DNA of 64,000 nucleotides, from positions 3,370 through 67,369 of IMG/VR virus record IMGVR_UViG_3300023283_000017; one strand, written 5' to 3'. Below are positions 1 through 7,650 of the stretch, one piece after another. The stretch's first letter is position 1, and the number at the start of each line of letters is the position of its first letter. The notes beneath the pieces were generated by a model. It was not told the DNA's origin. It ran no database searches and saw only the letters and a program-made list of their open reading frames with translations. Made by a program: the position numbers and the translations under genes. The DNA is from a virus (Duplodnaviria; Caudoviricetes).

Positions 1-136
1 GTGCCTCGCGCTGCTCCGTGGATAACTGTCTGGATAGGGTACTTCGCGTCTAGACGATCTAGCACCGCGTTTAAACGAAGGCGGCCGCGATAGTCGCGAC
101 CGCCCGTAACGAGTACCCGGATGGGTTGTCCAGGTG

Positions 137-367
137 TCACCGAACTTCGCCGCGACCCGCCGGGCTGCTGATGATGTGCTCCACGACGTCGCGGGCAATG
201 TCGTCCCATGTCAAGGTTTCGTCCTTGTCGATGATGGCCGCTTCACCGATGAGCTCCGTTAGCCACGTCCGGAGCGTCGCGTCCTCGCGCAGGACGCGCG
301 CGACAATGGCTGTGGTGCAGAAGTTGAGGACGATGCGGGTCAGGACCCGGATGAGAAGGCGCTTCAT
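137..367 (-). CDS. Hypothetical protein (76 aa) downstream of terS
   Basis: ORF track; ATG preceded by GGAG; same strand as the packaging module. Confidence 0.6.
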   Translation of the reverse strand: MKRLLIRVLTRIVLNFCTTAIVARVLREDATLRTWLTELIGEAAIIDKDETLTWDDIARDVVEHIISSPAGRGEVR

Positions 368-444
368 GGATGTCTCCTTATAGAGCTTAGGCGTGAGTGG
401 GGTGGATGGTCAGCGTGAGTGATGATGCGGCAGAAACAAGGAAC

Positions 445-480
445 CCGGTCAGAGCGTCAGCAGATTGACGCTCTGACCGG
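445..480. terminator. 15-bp perfect stem-loop (CCGGTCAGAGCGTCA / TGACGCTCTGACCGG), possible terminator
   Basis: Intergenic inverted repeat with a 6-nt loop; only a weak U-tract on the minus strand. Confidence 0.55.
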
Positions 481-485
481 TTCGC

Positions 486-569
486 TCACGGGCGCCAACG
501 CTTGGCTTCGAGCTCCGCGGCCTTGAGCGTCTGCTGCATCAGATAGACGTAGAAGTGAAGTGGGGTCAT
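486..569 (-). CDS. Small ORF, 27 aa (MTPLHFYVYLMQQTLKAAELEAKRWRP)
   Basis: Read by eye; GGAG RBS before the ATG; directly follows terS. Confidence 0.4.
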   Translation of the reverse strand: MTPLHFYVYLMQQTLKAAELEAKRWRP

Positions 570-593
570 AGGTGATCTCCTGTGTAGGTCGGT

Positions 594-1055
594 TCAGTAC
601 TCATCGCCGTCTTCCTGTTCTGCGCTCTGTTCCAGTTGCTTCGTGGGAAGCCCGAGGCTGCGAGCCATCTCGATGGCTTTCTGCCGGGCGTCGACTGCGC
701 CGTCGTTGGCAGAGGCGTCCTCGACGTCCTTCGGTCGAAGGTGCTGGTGCACGTAGGGCGCGACCTTCGCCGCGGCTGCTGTTGCGAGCGTGTAGTCGGG
801 AGGTACCATGACTTGCGTCCCGTCCTCGTTCAGCACGGGGTTACCGTTCGGGTCGGTAGCCGGGTAACCGCTGAGGGCACGCGCTGCGACCACGGCCATC
901 TGGACGACAGGATCCCAGTCCTTGATGCCGGTGTCGCGCTCGACGGCTTCCTTGATGTTCTCGAGGAGGATGGTGTGCTTGTGCTTCTTGCCGCGCTTGC
1001 TGAGCCCGCGCTTCGACCCGTCTTTCGCTACCCGCTTTTCTACCTCGTTTCCCAT
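594..1055 (-). CDS. terS: Probable terminase small subunit
   Basis: Basic N-terminus; AAAKVAPYVHQHL resembles the AxxxAPYxHxxL motif of siphoviral TerS; co-oriented with the portal at the other window end, consistent with a circular map. Confidence 0.6.
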   Translation of the reverse strand: MGNEVEKRVAKDGSKRGLSKRGKKHKHTILLENIKEAVERDTGIKDWDPVVQMAVVAARALSGYPATDPNGNPVLNEDGTQVMVPPDYTLATAAAAKVAPYVHQHLRPKDVEDASANDGAVDARQKAIEMARSLGLPTKQLEQSAEQEDGDEY

Positions 1056-1194
1056 GCGTCGCAGTACCTTCTTTCTCTTTCCTAGTTACCTAACTCGCTT
1101 ATATCCTAAAAACGGGGATTTCGTCTACCAGTAAGTAAGGTCCGCGGTTCGCGTGCAAAGGAACGTCGGACGACGCGCCGAAGAACCCAGAACG

Positions 1195-1395
1195 GCTCTT
1201 CACGCGTGCGCGTGCAGGATCCCACTAAAACACCTTCAACTGATCACCGTCTCTGGAGCAGAGAAGCTCTTCACGCGTGCGCGTGCAGGATCCCACTAAG
1301 AAACGTTCAACTGATCACCGTCTCCAGACGACCTAGAACCGAGATCTACTGAGCACCATCCCGTCGTCATCGGTGCTGTCTTTGCTGTGATGGCT
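1195..1395 (+). repeat. Non-coding element copy A: two 71-bp tandem units (starting 1195 and 1266) plus GTGCTGTCTTTGCTGTGATGGCT (1373-1395)
   Basis: GCTCTTCACGCGTGCGCGTGCAGGATCCCACTAA and TTCAACTGATCACCGTCTC each occur twice with a 71-bp period; homologous to 33575-33692. Confidence 0.9.
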
Positions 1396-1515
1396 AGGGG
1401 TAGTTTGAAAAAATAAAATGAAGTGCATGCGCGCGCATTGTGTGCGCGGCGCGCGCACGCGATAACGACTAATCGCCTCACGTCAAGACGCAGCGATGGT
1501 AGATTTTAAGGTGCA

Positions 1516-1677
1516 CTAACCGGCGTTTTCGATAACGTCGAATGCCTCACGAACCTCGGAGAAGAACTCCGAGACGTAGTGACCAGCGGTGGCGCCCACC
1601 GCAACTGCGACGACCGCCGAGATGGCGAGGCTGAGGAGCCCCGCGACGACCTGAGCCGAGAAGAATCCGTGTCGCAT
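1516..1677 (-). CDS. 53-aa membrane protein, loosely Flp-pilin-like
   Basis: MRHGFFSAQVVAGLLSLAISAVVAVAVGATAGHYVSEFFSEVREAFDVIENAG read by eye; RBS AACGGAAGGGG; directly downstream of the promoter at 1728-1756. Confidence 0.65.
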   Translation of the reverse strand: MRHGFFSAQVVAGLLSLAISAVVAVAVGATAGHYVSEFFSEVREAFDVIENAG

Positions 1678-1727
1678 CGTTCAGTCCCCTTCCGTTGCTT
1701 ACGTAGCCATTGGTGTGCCACCACAGT

Positions 1728-1756
1728 TATATAACTGAGTTATAGCGTCACGTCAA
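1728..1756 (-). promoter_or_regulatory. Sigma70-type promoter TTGACG-N17-TATATA with operator ATAACTGAGTTAT (1731-1743)
   Basis: Exact 17-bp spacing; the palindromic 13-mer lies in the spacer and -10. Confidence 0.75.
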
Positions 1757-1766
1757 TATGTAGACC

Positions 1767-2330
1767 TTATTCTTCAGACACGCCCCTATGCCTGTCCACC
1801 AGCTCGTCCCACTCGCCGCTCTCGATCATGCGACGAAGCGCCGAGTACTCGACGGCAGACAGCTTGACCGAACAACCTGGATCTACTCTATACGGCGGCG
1901 GATCTTGCTCCTGCGAGTAGTGGTGCGGGTCGGCTTGCGCGTGGCGGTCGAAGATGCCCAGGACCATCTCCTGCAGACGATCTCGCACAGCGTCCAGATC
2001 CTTCACCTTCGGCGGACGGTCGTCCACCCACCAGTCGTTCATCTGCGCGTCACGCAGGACGACGAGCGAGCAGATCGCCTTGGTGATGTGCGACAGGCCG
2101 GAATCCGGATCAATGTCCTCACCCTCGATCCACTGTTCGATGTGACCGAGCGCCGCATCCGCGTAGACGGATCCTCGCACGCCTGCCGACCGGTAGTTGT
2201 GGCGTCCGTACTTGACCGCACCTTCGAGCATGCCGACCGCAACTTCCCACATCACCTGACGCGGAACGACGAAGAACTGGCGCCACTTGCGAACGCCAAT
2301 CGCGTCTTTCGGATTCGTGTCTTTCATCAT
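1767..2330 (-). CDS. DUF5664-type dATP/dGTP diphosphohydrolase-domain protein
   Basis: NPKDAIGVRK...GMLEGAVKYGRHNYR...YADAALGH...DPDSGLSHITKA matches the family pattern; start moved to ATG 2330. Confidence 0.75.
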   Translation of the reverse strand: MMKDTNPKDAIGVRKWRQFFVVPRQVMWEVAVGMLEGAVKYGRHNYRSAGVRGSVYADAALGHIEQWIEGEDIDPDSGLSHITKAICSLVVLRDAQMNDWWVDDRPPKVKDLDAVRDRLQEMVLGIFDRHAQADPHHYSQEQDPPPYRVDPGCSVKLSAVEYSALRRMIESGEWDELVDRHRGVSEE

Positions 2331-2431
2331 GGCGTCACCACGCAAGTGAACAAGCCGACGGCGAGAAACGAAAGAAGGACCCAAGGCAAAGCAATTCGGA
2401 TCCTTTCGAAAATGATGATGAACGGGTGCAT
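2327..2431 (-). CDS. 34-aa hydrophobic peptide (MHPFIIIFERIRIALPWVLLSFLAVGLFTCVVTP)
   Basis: GGAGG RBS; stop overlaps the next ATG. Confidence 0.55.
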   Translation of the reverse strand: MHPFIIIFERIRIALPWVLLSFLAVGLFTCVVTP

Positions 2432-2441
2432 AGAACCTCCT

Positions 2442-2804
2442 TCAGATGTCACCACGGCGAGAAAACCATGTCGTTTCCCCGCCAATTTCCTCGATCATGA
2501 AGGAGCCTTTCTGTAGCTCCTCTGTTACAGCACGACCGATTTTGTAGGCGTGGGTCCACAACTCCCGGATGTCACTAGGAAATCTCGGGTAGTTACGAAG
2601 TCCAACCCGAAGCCCTTTCTCGGATCCGCCTGCATATATGTACTTCGTCTTTGTCACAGAAACGCAAAGACCGACGTGGTCAGCATATTGCTGAACCACG
2701 TTCTCTGCTAACGCGTCGTTGAATATAGACCCAGTCGAGACCCAGACGTCGATGCCGTGAGATTCCGCGACGCGGTAACGCCACTCAGAATGGCACTGAT
2801 CCAT
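2442..2804 (-). CDS. Conserved phage hypothetical protein
   Basis: VGLCVSVTKTKYIYAGGSEKGLRVGLRNYPRFP resembles a recurring phage family; start uncertain. Confidence 0.6.
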   Translation of the reverse strand: MDQCHSEWRYRVAESHGIDVWVSTGSIFNDALAENVVQQYADHVGLCVSVTKTKYIYAGGSEKGLRVGLRNYPRFPSDIRELWTHAYKIGRAVTEELQKGSFMIEEIGGETTWFSRRGDI

Positions 2805-3096
2805 CGCCGCCAAAAGGTTTCTTCGGATCGAACCCGTCTCTCTTTCTTGCATTGGCAGTGGCCTCCCGTAGCTCGCGGCGGAGTTTGTCGGGATCGTTCC
2901 ACGTGACGCGCACGAGGCCGAGTCCCAGGTTGAAGATGATGGTCGAGCCTCCGACGTCCACGCCGAACTTGAAGAACCAGCCACCGCCGAACCGCTGGTT
3001 TCCTGAACCTCGCAGACGCCACCCGAAACCTTGCCACGGCCAGCGGTCAGCTTTCATCCACAGCGAGACGAGCGGGACCTTGCGGTAGCCGCTCAT
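2785..3096 (-). CDS. Hypothetical protein, Trp/Gly-rich
   Basis: ORF track; start overlaps the upstream stop. Confidence 0.6.
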   Translation of the reverse strand: MSGYRKVPLVSLWMKADRWPWQGFGWRLRGSGNQRFGGGWFFKFGVDVGGSTIIFNLGLGLVRVTWNDPDKLRRELREATANARKRDGFDPKKPFGGDGSVPF

Positions 3097-3347
3097 GCGT
3101 CACCTCGCACGGCTTTGTAGTGGTCGACGAGATCACGACCGGCGGGAGTGAGCCGCCATTGGTAAGGTGACGTTGACTTGTCCTTGCAGCAATAGCCGAG
3201 CTCCTCTAGCCGCTTGAGCTTCGGGGCGGCCCAGAACCGAGGACGTCCGGCCTTGCGCGAGACATCCGACGCAGCGGACTCCGGCGGCGCGATGCGGTCG
3301 AACTCACCGAGCGCGAGAAGGCAGTCAACCTGCAGGCGCGTCAGCAT
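3093..3347 (-). CDS. Winged-helix DNA-binding protein (MarR-like)
   Basis: AASDVSRKAGR...KLKRLEELGY...WRLTPAGRDL; start set at MLTRLQ after a GGAG RBS. Confidence 0.6.
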   Translation of the reverse strand: MLTRLQVDCLLALGEFDRIAPPESAASDVSRKAGRPRFWAAPKLKRLEELGYCCKDKSTSPYQWRLTPAGRDLVDHYKAVRGDA

Positions 3348-3627
3348 CGGCTTCTCCTTTCTCTCTTTCGCGTAGAGTGCGGATGGCTTTGTCAGTGAGC
3401 GCATACCCGGCGCCCCTAGGCTCGCCGTCTGCTGACCACAGCCCTTTGACGTGCTCGACGATGCCGCGGTCGCGAAGACTGCGCAGGACGCCGCGCGCGA
3501 TCTCGCGAAGAATGGACTGGAAGAAGTTGAGCGAGAAAGCCCGTGCAGGTTCGTAGGTGAAGGCCCGCATGCGCTCGATTAGGCGGATCTCGACCTCGTC
3601 GAGCGGCGACCAGCAGCGACCGATCAT
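3325..3627 (-). CDS. Winged-helix-like protein
   Basis: VLRSLRDRGIVEH...GYALTDKA wing motif. Confidence 0.55.
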   Translation of the reverse strand: MIGRCWSPLDEVEIRLIERMRAFTYEPARAFSLNFFQSILREIARGVLRSLRDRGIVEHVKGLWSADGEPRGAGYALTDKAIRTLREREKGEADADAPAG

Positions 3628-3761
3628 GCAGTGCTCCCCGACTTTGGCCGACCGGCCTGCTCGTGGCGATTGACGGCTGCGAGCATGAGACTGACCAAGC
3701 AGTCTCGGGTGCGTTCGTGGGCGCCGAACTGCATGACCTGACCCTTGTAGGCGATGACCAT
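3624..3761 (-). CDS. Small hypothetical protein (45 aa)
   Basis: AAGGA RBS before MVIAYKG; stop overlaps the next start. Confidence 0.45.
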   Translation of the reverse strand: MVIAYKGQVMQFGAHERTRDCLVSLMLAAVNRHEQAGRPKSGSTA

Positions 3762-3765
3762 GGAT

Positions 3766-4044
3766 CTATCCTTTCCTTGTGTTGATGAGGACCGACCGAA
3801 CGTGCGATCCGGGTTTCTGCTCCATGACGTGCTGCGCCTCAACTGGGCACACACACGCGGTCTCGAGCCGGTCCCCTGTCATGACGCAGTAGAGGGTCGG
3901 GATCGTGGAGAATCCGAGCCACGTCACGGTTGAGAACTCGTCGGTGCCGAGTGAGACGGCGATACGATGCGCCATCCTCAAGCTGTCTATGGAAGGGAAG
4001 ACCTCTTGCATGCTGGCGGTGTGGACGACGCTGTACTTCTTCAT
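3766..4044 (-). CDS. Hypothetical protein
   Basis: GGAG RBS; downstream of the operator at 4100-4112. Confidence 0.65.
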   Translation of the reverse strand: MKKYSVVHTASMQEVFPSIDSLRMAHRIAVSLGTDEFSTVTWLGFSTIPTLYCVMTGDRLETACVCPVEAQHVMEQKPGSHVRSVLINTRKG

Positions 4045-4099
4045 GTTGTTACTCCAGTTGATTGGTCAGCCACGTTGGTAGCACAGCACCACCACGTTG

Positions 4100-4112
4100 A
4101 TAACTTAGTTAT
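4100..4112. promoter_or_regulatory. Operator ATAACTTAGTTAT
   Basis: Copy of the genome-wide 13-bp palindrome. Confidence 0.7.
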
Positions 4113-4540
4113 GAGGAAGCACCCAACTTCTCGACGATGACCTCGGCCATGCGTTTCGCCGAGCCGAGATTCTCTTGCTGATCGAGCACGGCGCGTGGTA
4201 CGCCCTCCACCAGCCAGTTGAACTTGTCCTCGAAAAGGTACCACCCGCCATCGCGAACGCGAACCCACCAGAAGCAACGCCCACCGGCCTGCTGTCGAGC
4301 CATGAGCCAGTTGCGCTGAAGGGCGAGCCGCTGCTCACCTTTCGACCCGAACCTCACCAGCGTTGTCGGTCGCGCGGGTAGCTGCTTGACGAACTTACCC
4401 TCCGCCCAGAACTCGACGCCGCTGACGCAGCCGTTGGTGTCTGGGATACCAGCGGTAAGCTTGTCCTCGATGCGCTGGACATGCACACCCATGGCTTTGA
4501 GATGCGTTCTCAAGGTTCGGGTCGCGTTGGTCTCGGACAT
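4109..4540 (-). CDS. PD-(D/E)xK nuclease, Holliday-junction resolvase/VRR-NUC-like
   Basis: GIPD...FWAEGK catalytic motif and QRNWL...AGG; start set at MSETNA. Confidence 0.75.
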   Translation of the reverse strand: MSETNATRTLRTHLKAMGVHVQRIEDKLTAGIPDTNGCVSGVEFWAEGKFVKQLPARPTTLVRFGSKGEQRLALQRNWLMARQQAGGRCFWWVRVRDGGWYLFEDKFNWLVEGVPRAVLDQQENLGSAKRMAEVIVEKLGASS

Positions 4541-4551
4541 TGCTAGTGCTT

Positions 4552-4929
4552 TCAGAAAAGTGCCGGTTGCATACAGACGAGCCGTTCCTCGTTCTCGCCG
4601 ACGTCCATGCGCGCGAGGGGCTCGCCATCGGTCGACACGAGAACCCAAATCGCGCCGCGTTGTAGCGTGACTCGCTCGTCGTCGATATAGCGCCCGTCGT
4701 CGCCTGTCGGGTTGAACTCGAGGTTGAAGTGGATCTCGCCCCAGGGGTCACCGGCGTCCATAGTGAACGGGTGGTCTTGCGCGTGGACTGGCGTGTTGTG
4801 GAAGCGAAGAGCGAGGTACTCACACTCCTCGGTCTGCTCCTCCAGCGTGAGAACGGCTGGGTCTTCTTTTGGGCCGTCACCCGTCCAGACGACCGTTGCC
4901 AGGACGACGGCTGCACCTTCGATGGTCAT
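4552..4929 (-). CDS. Hypothetical protein (125 aa), hydrophobic N-terminus
   Basis: C-terminal part of track ORF 4552..5403; GGAG RBS before ATG 4929. Confidence 0.6.
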   Translation of the reverse strand: MTIEGAAVVLATVVWTGDGPKEDPAVLTLEEQTEECEYLALRFHNTPVHAQDHPFTMDAGDPWGEIHFNLEFNPTGDDGRYIDDERVTLQRGAIWVLVSTDGEPLARMDVGENEERLVCMQPALF

Positions 4930-5041
4930 TCGAGCCACTCCTTCAAGACGCGATCTTCGATGGTCGTTGGGTCGCCGCGACGTTCGGCGAGAACGGCTTG
5001 TGCGCCCTCGAGCAGTCCCTCTGCTGGCGATAAGAACTCCA

Positions 5042-5629
5042 TCACGGGTCACCTTTGGCGAAGACGAACTCGTTGAGCCAGAACCGAACGAACTCGCCTT
5101 GCGCGATGGCGTCCGCGAGCGCGTTGTGTACCGTGATGTTGTGGTAAGCGCGGTCCTTGAGTGCACACAAGCGCCTTTCACGTGGCTCGTCGAACTCACA
5201 CAAGGTCGCCAGCACGTCCTCAAGCGTGCGTAGGTCTCGGTGCTTGCGATACGGGATAGGCGGCTCGACGCCGAACGACTCAGCGAGGCTCTCGATGATC
5301 GCGCCGTCGAACGCCGGTCCCTTCGTGTAAACGGGCGGATAGCCCTCGCTCTTGAGCCACCCGCGCAGCATCTCGATGGCGACGGCCGGAGGCACGTCCT
5401 CACCGATGAACGCGTCGAGCTGAGCTTGGCCCTCCTTGGCCATCCACCACTTGAGCGTGTCAGCTGACACGTGGCGCCCGGCGTCGATCTGCGACTGGAC
5501 GTCGAGGTTGACGGAGAAGGTTCGCTCGGAGCTGCCGTCGAGCGACACGGTGCACGCGCCGATGGAAAGGATGACCGCGTCCTTGTGAGTGGACAGGGTC
5601 TCGATGTCTAGTGAGACGGCAAGCGTCAT
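5042..5629 (-). CDS. DEDDh 3'-5' exonuclease (Rv2179c/DUF5051-like)
   Basis: LDIETL, ILSIGA, TLKWW, FDGAII, RDLRTL, HNALADA motifs. Confidence 0.8.
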   Translation of the reverse strand: MTLAVSLDIETLSTHKDAVILSIGACTVSLDGSSERTFSVNLDVQSQIDAGRHVSADTLKWWMAKEGQAQLDAFIGEDVPPAVAIEMLRGWLKSEGYPPVYTKGPAFDGAIIESLAESFGVEPPIPYRKHRDLRTLEDVLATLCEFDEPRERRLCALKDRAYHNITVHNALADAIAQGEFVRFWLNEFVFAKGDP

Positions 5630-5722
5630 ATTGGTTCTCCTACTTAAGCTGTGGTTGCTTTCCTTACAGGAAGGGTCATCAATTGCCTTCCGTAATCTCG
5701 GCTAGTATGGTCGGGTTATCGC

Positions 5723-6184
5723 TCATTTCATCCTCATCATGAGCAACAACGCCGCCAGGGGCGCAGACACGAGCCACAAGCCACCGGGCAGCGGGACGGG
5801 CGCCGTAACCGGGTCGGGCGGGCGCCGGATTAGCTCGGTGCCAGGCTCGTGAACACGGTGCCAGCGGTAGAACACCGTCGCCCACTTTTCCTGCGGCAGG
5901 TGCAGTGGGTCGTCGTAACCGTGAAGCTTGGCAAAGGCGTCGCGGTCGAGCGGCATCGGCTCGTCGGCGCAGGTCGGCGGCAGGCGCGCACCTTTCGCCC
6001 CTGCCCAGGTATCGGGAAGATCAAGTGCTCCTTCCCGGATGCACACGTCATGATAGGGGTCGCTACTCACGGCATTGTAGCTCGCTGGCCACGCGACGAA
6101 GTTGGCGCCGATTTCAGCGCCGACGTAGAACCAGATAGCGCACAGCGCCGAGATACCAAGGCACTCCGTTCGGGTCATCACCAA
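5723..6184 (-). CDS. Exported protein with a VPLPA-CTERM-type exosortase signal
   Basis: N-terminal hydrophobic signal; C-terminus APVPLPGGLWLVSAPLAALLLMMRMK. Confidence 0.7.
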   Translation of the reverse strand: MVMTRTECLGISALCAIWFYVGAEIGANFVAWPASYNAVSSDPYHDVCIREGALDLPDTWAGAKGARLPPTCADEPMPLDRDAFAKLHGYDDPLHLPQEKWATVFYRWHRVHEPGTELIRRPPDPVTAPVPLPGGLWLVSAPLAALLLMMRMK

Positions 6185-6194
6185 CTTCCTTCTA

Positions 6195-6815
6195 CTACTG
6201 AGGCGGCAGTTGCAGGCTCGCGTTGAGATCGTCCCGCTTCACCGCGAGCAGGACTGCCTTCTTCTCGCCGGCGTTGCGGTACTTGTTCGCGAACGCGGCG
6301 ACCTCGGGCCAGAACTCGATGAGCTTGTCCACGGTCGATGCGGCCTCGAGGGTCTTGACCGCAGGAGCCATGGCGCGATGGATCTCCTCCGTGAGCTTGT
6401 CGCGCGCGTGCTCGAGGGTCTCGAACTTGCGCGCGAACTTGCACCCAGCATCATAGACGGCGGCGACGTTGCCCGTGGTCATGTAGTAAGGAATCCGACG
6501 GCCGCCTTGACGGCCGGGCGTCTTCGCCTTCGCCGTTTCCCACGGTTGCGGCAGGAACCGCGTCAAGCCAGCGGACAGCGACAGCATCTTGACCTGGCCC
6601 GCGATCATGACCTTGAACTCGTCGCGCTGCGGGAAGAACCCGTCGGGCTCGGCATTGAGCATTGCCTCGTGACCTTTGAGCACGTCGTCAAGCACGAGGT
6701 TGGTGAAGTCGGTCTCCTCGGTGATCTGGCTGCGGATGCGGTCGAGGAACGCGTGCTCGAGAATATCGCTGAGGATCGCTTCCCGGACGCGGATGTTGAG
6801 GCGAGTTGATGCCAA
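6195..6815 (-). CDS. Nmad5-like protein (nucleotide-modification-associated domain 5)
   Basis: N-terminal TRLNIRVREAI and C-terminal STVDKLIEFWPEV match the family pattern; TTG start after GGAG. Confidence 0.65.
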   Translation of the reverse strand: MASTRLNIRVREAILSDILEHAFLDRIRSQITEETDFTNLVLDDVLKGHEAMLNAEPDGFFPQRDEFKVMIAGQVKMLSLSAGLTRFLPQPWETAKAKTPGRQGGRRIPYYMTTGNVAAVYDAGCKFARKFETLEHARDKLTEEIHRAMAPAVKTLEAASTVDKLIEFWPEVAAFANKYRNAGEKKAVLLAVKRDDLNASLQLPPQ

Positions 6816-6929
6816 GATGTTCTCCTTGGTGCAGCGGCTTAGCGTGCTGCGCAGCCTTTTGGGTTTCGGGGTTGTGCCGCGTCGTCATAGGGCACAGTGA
6901 ACCGCCGCCTGAGCGACGAGATGAGCGCG

Positions 6930-7382
6930 TCAGATGACGCCAGTGGCAGAAAGGGCCACGTAGATGACCGCGCACCAGAAAGCGACGACGCCGAACACTA
7001 GGGCGATGACGCCGGCTCGGATCGAGCGGATCTCAGGTTTGGTGGCCGGCGGCAGTTCAGGCTCTCGCGACGCGCTCTGCTGGAACAGGAACCCCTTGGC
7101 CATCCGCTTCGACCAGCTCGGGTCGAGCATCATCTCAACGTCATCCTGGGACGCGATGTCCAGAAGGATCTTCTCTGCTCGCTGGCACCGATGCTCGAGG
7201 CCCTGTAAGCGGGTAGCGGCCTCGGCCGCGAGCGTCTCTGCGACGTGCTCACCGATGCAGACGCCATTCTCCTCGTCCGCGCCTGGGAAGTTGCGCTGGT
7301 CATCCTTGAACCACGGGTAGCCGAGAGCTTTGCCCAGCTCCTGCTGTATTTGGTCCTCTAGATCGTAGAGATCCTTGCTCAC
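6930..7382 (-). CDS. Hypothetical protein with a C-terminal TM helix
   Basis: GTG start after GGAG at MSKDLY; C-terminal VIALVFGVVAFWCAVIYVALSATGVI. Confidence 0.6.
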   Translation of the reverse strand: MSKDLYDLEDQIQQELGKALGYPWFKDDQRNFPGADEENGVCIGEHVAETLAAEAATRLQGLEHRCQRAEKILLDIASQDDVEMMLDPSWSKRMAKGFLFQQSASREPELPPATKPEIRSIRAGVIALVFGVVAFWCAVIYVALSATGVI

Positions 7383-7383
7383 G

Positions 7384-7650
7384 TCACTTCTCCTCTGGGA
7401 AAGCCGACCGCAGTGCCCGAGACACCAGCCGCCAGACGTTGTAAGATAGCCGGGGATAGTCGCTGACCTCCCCGGTTCGTTGAGGTCTTGCCCACGTCGC
7501 GCGGATGTTGTCCGCGTCTCTCTTGTTTGCCACCTTGGCGGTGTAGTTACCGCGTTCTGCGGTGCCACCGACGTTGGCGATGATCATCTGACCCAGACGG
7601 GTCACGCCACCCGTCCGAGCCGAATAAAGGTCAATCGTCACGACCAACAT
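7384..7650 (-). CDS. Conserved phage hypothetical protein
   Basis: ORF track; AGGA RBS; NVWRLVSRAL C-terminus. Confidence 0.65.
   Translation of the reverse strand: MLVVTIDLYSARTGGVTRLGQMIIANVGGTAERGNYTAKVANKRDADNIRATWARPQRTGEVSDYPRLSYNVWRLVSRALRSAFPEEK

Noticed and set aside
17-25. DnaA box (TTATCCACG on the minus strand)
   Set aside because: Single imperfect copy, likely chance
1195-1325. CRISPR array reading of the 71-bp repeats
   Set aside because: Only two units, almost fully repeated with no unique spacers, and no cas genes
1506-1724. Track ORF of 72 aa
   Set aside because: Low-complexity Ser/Arg frame; the overlapping 1516-1677 frame has a proper RBS and a membrane-protein pattern
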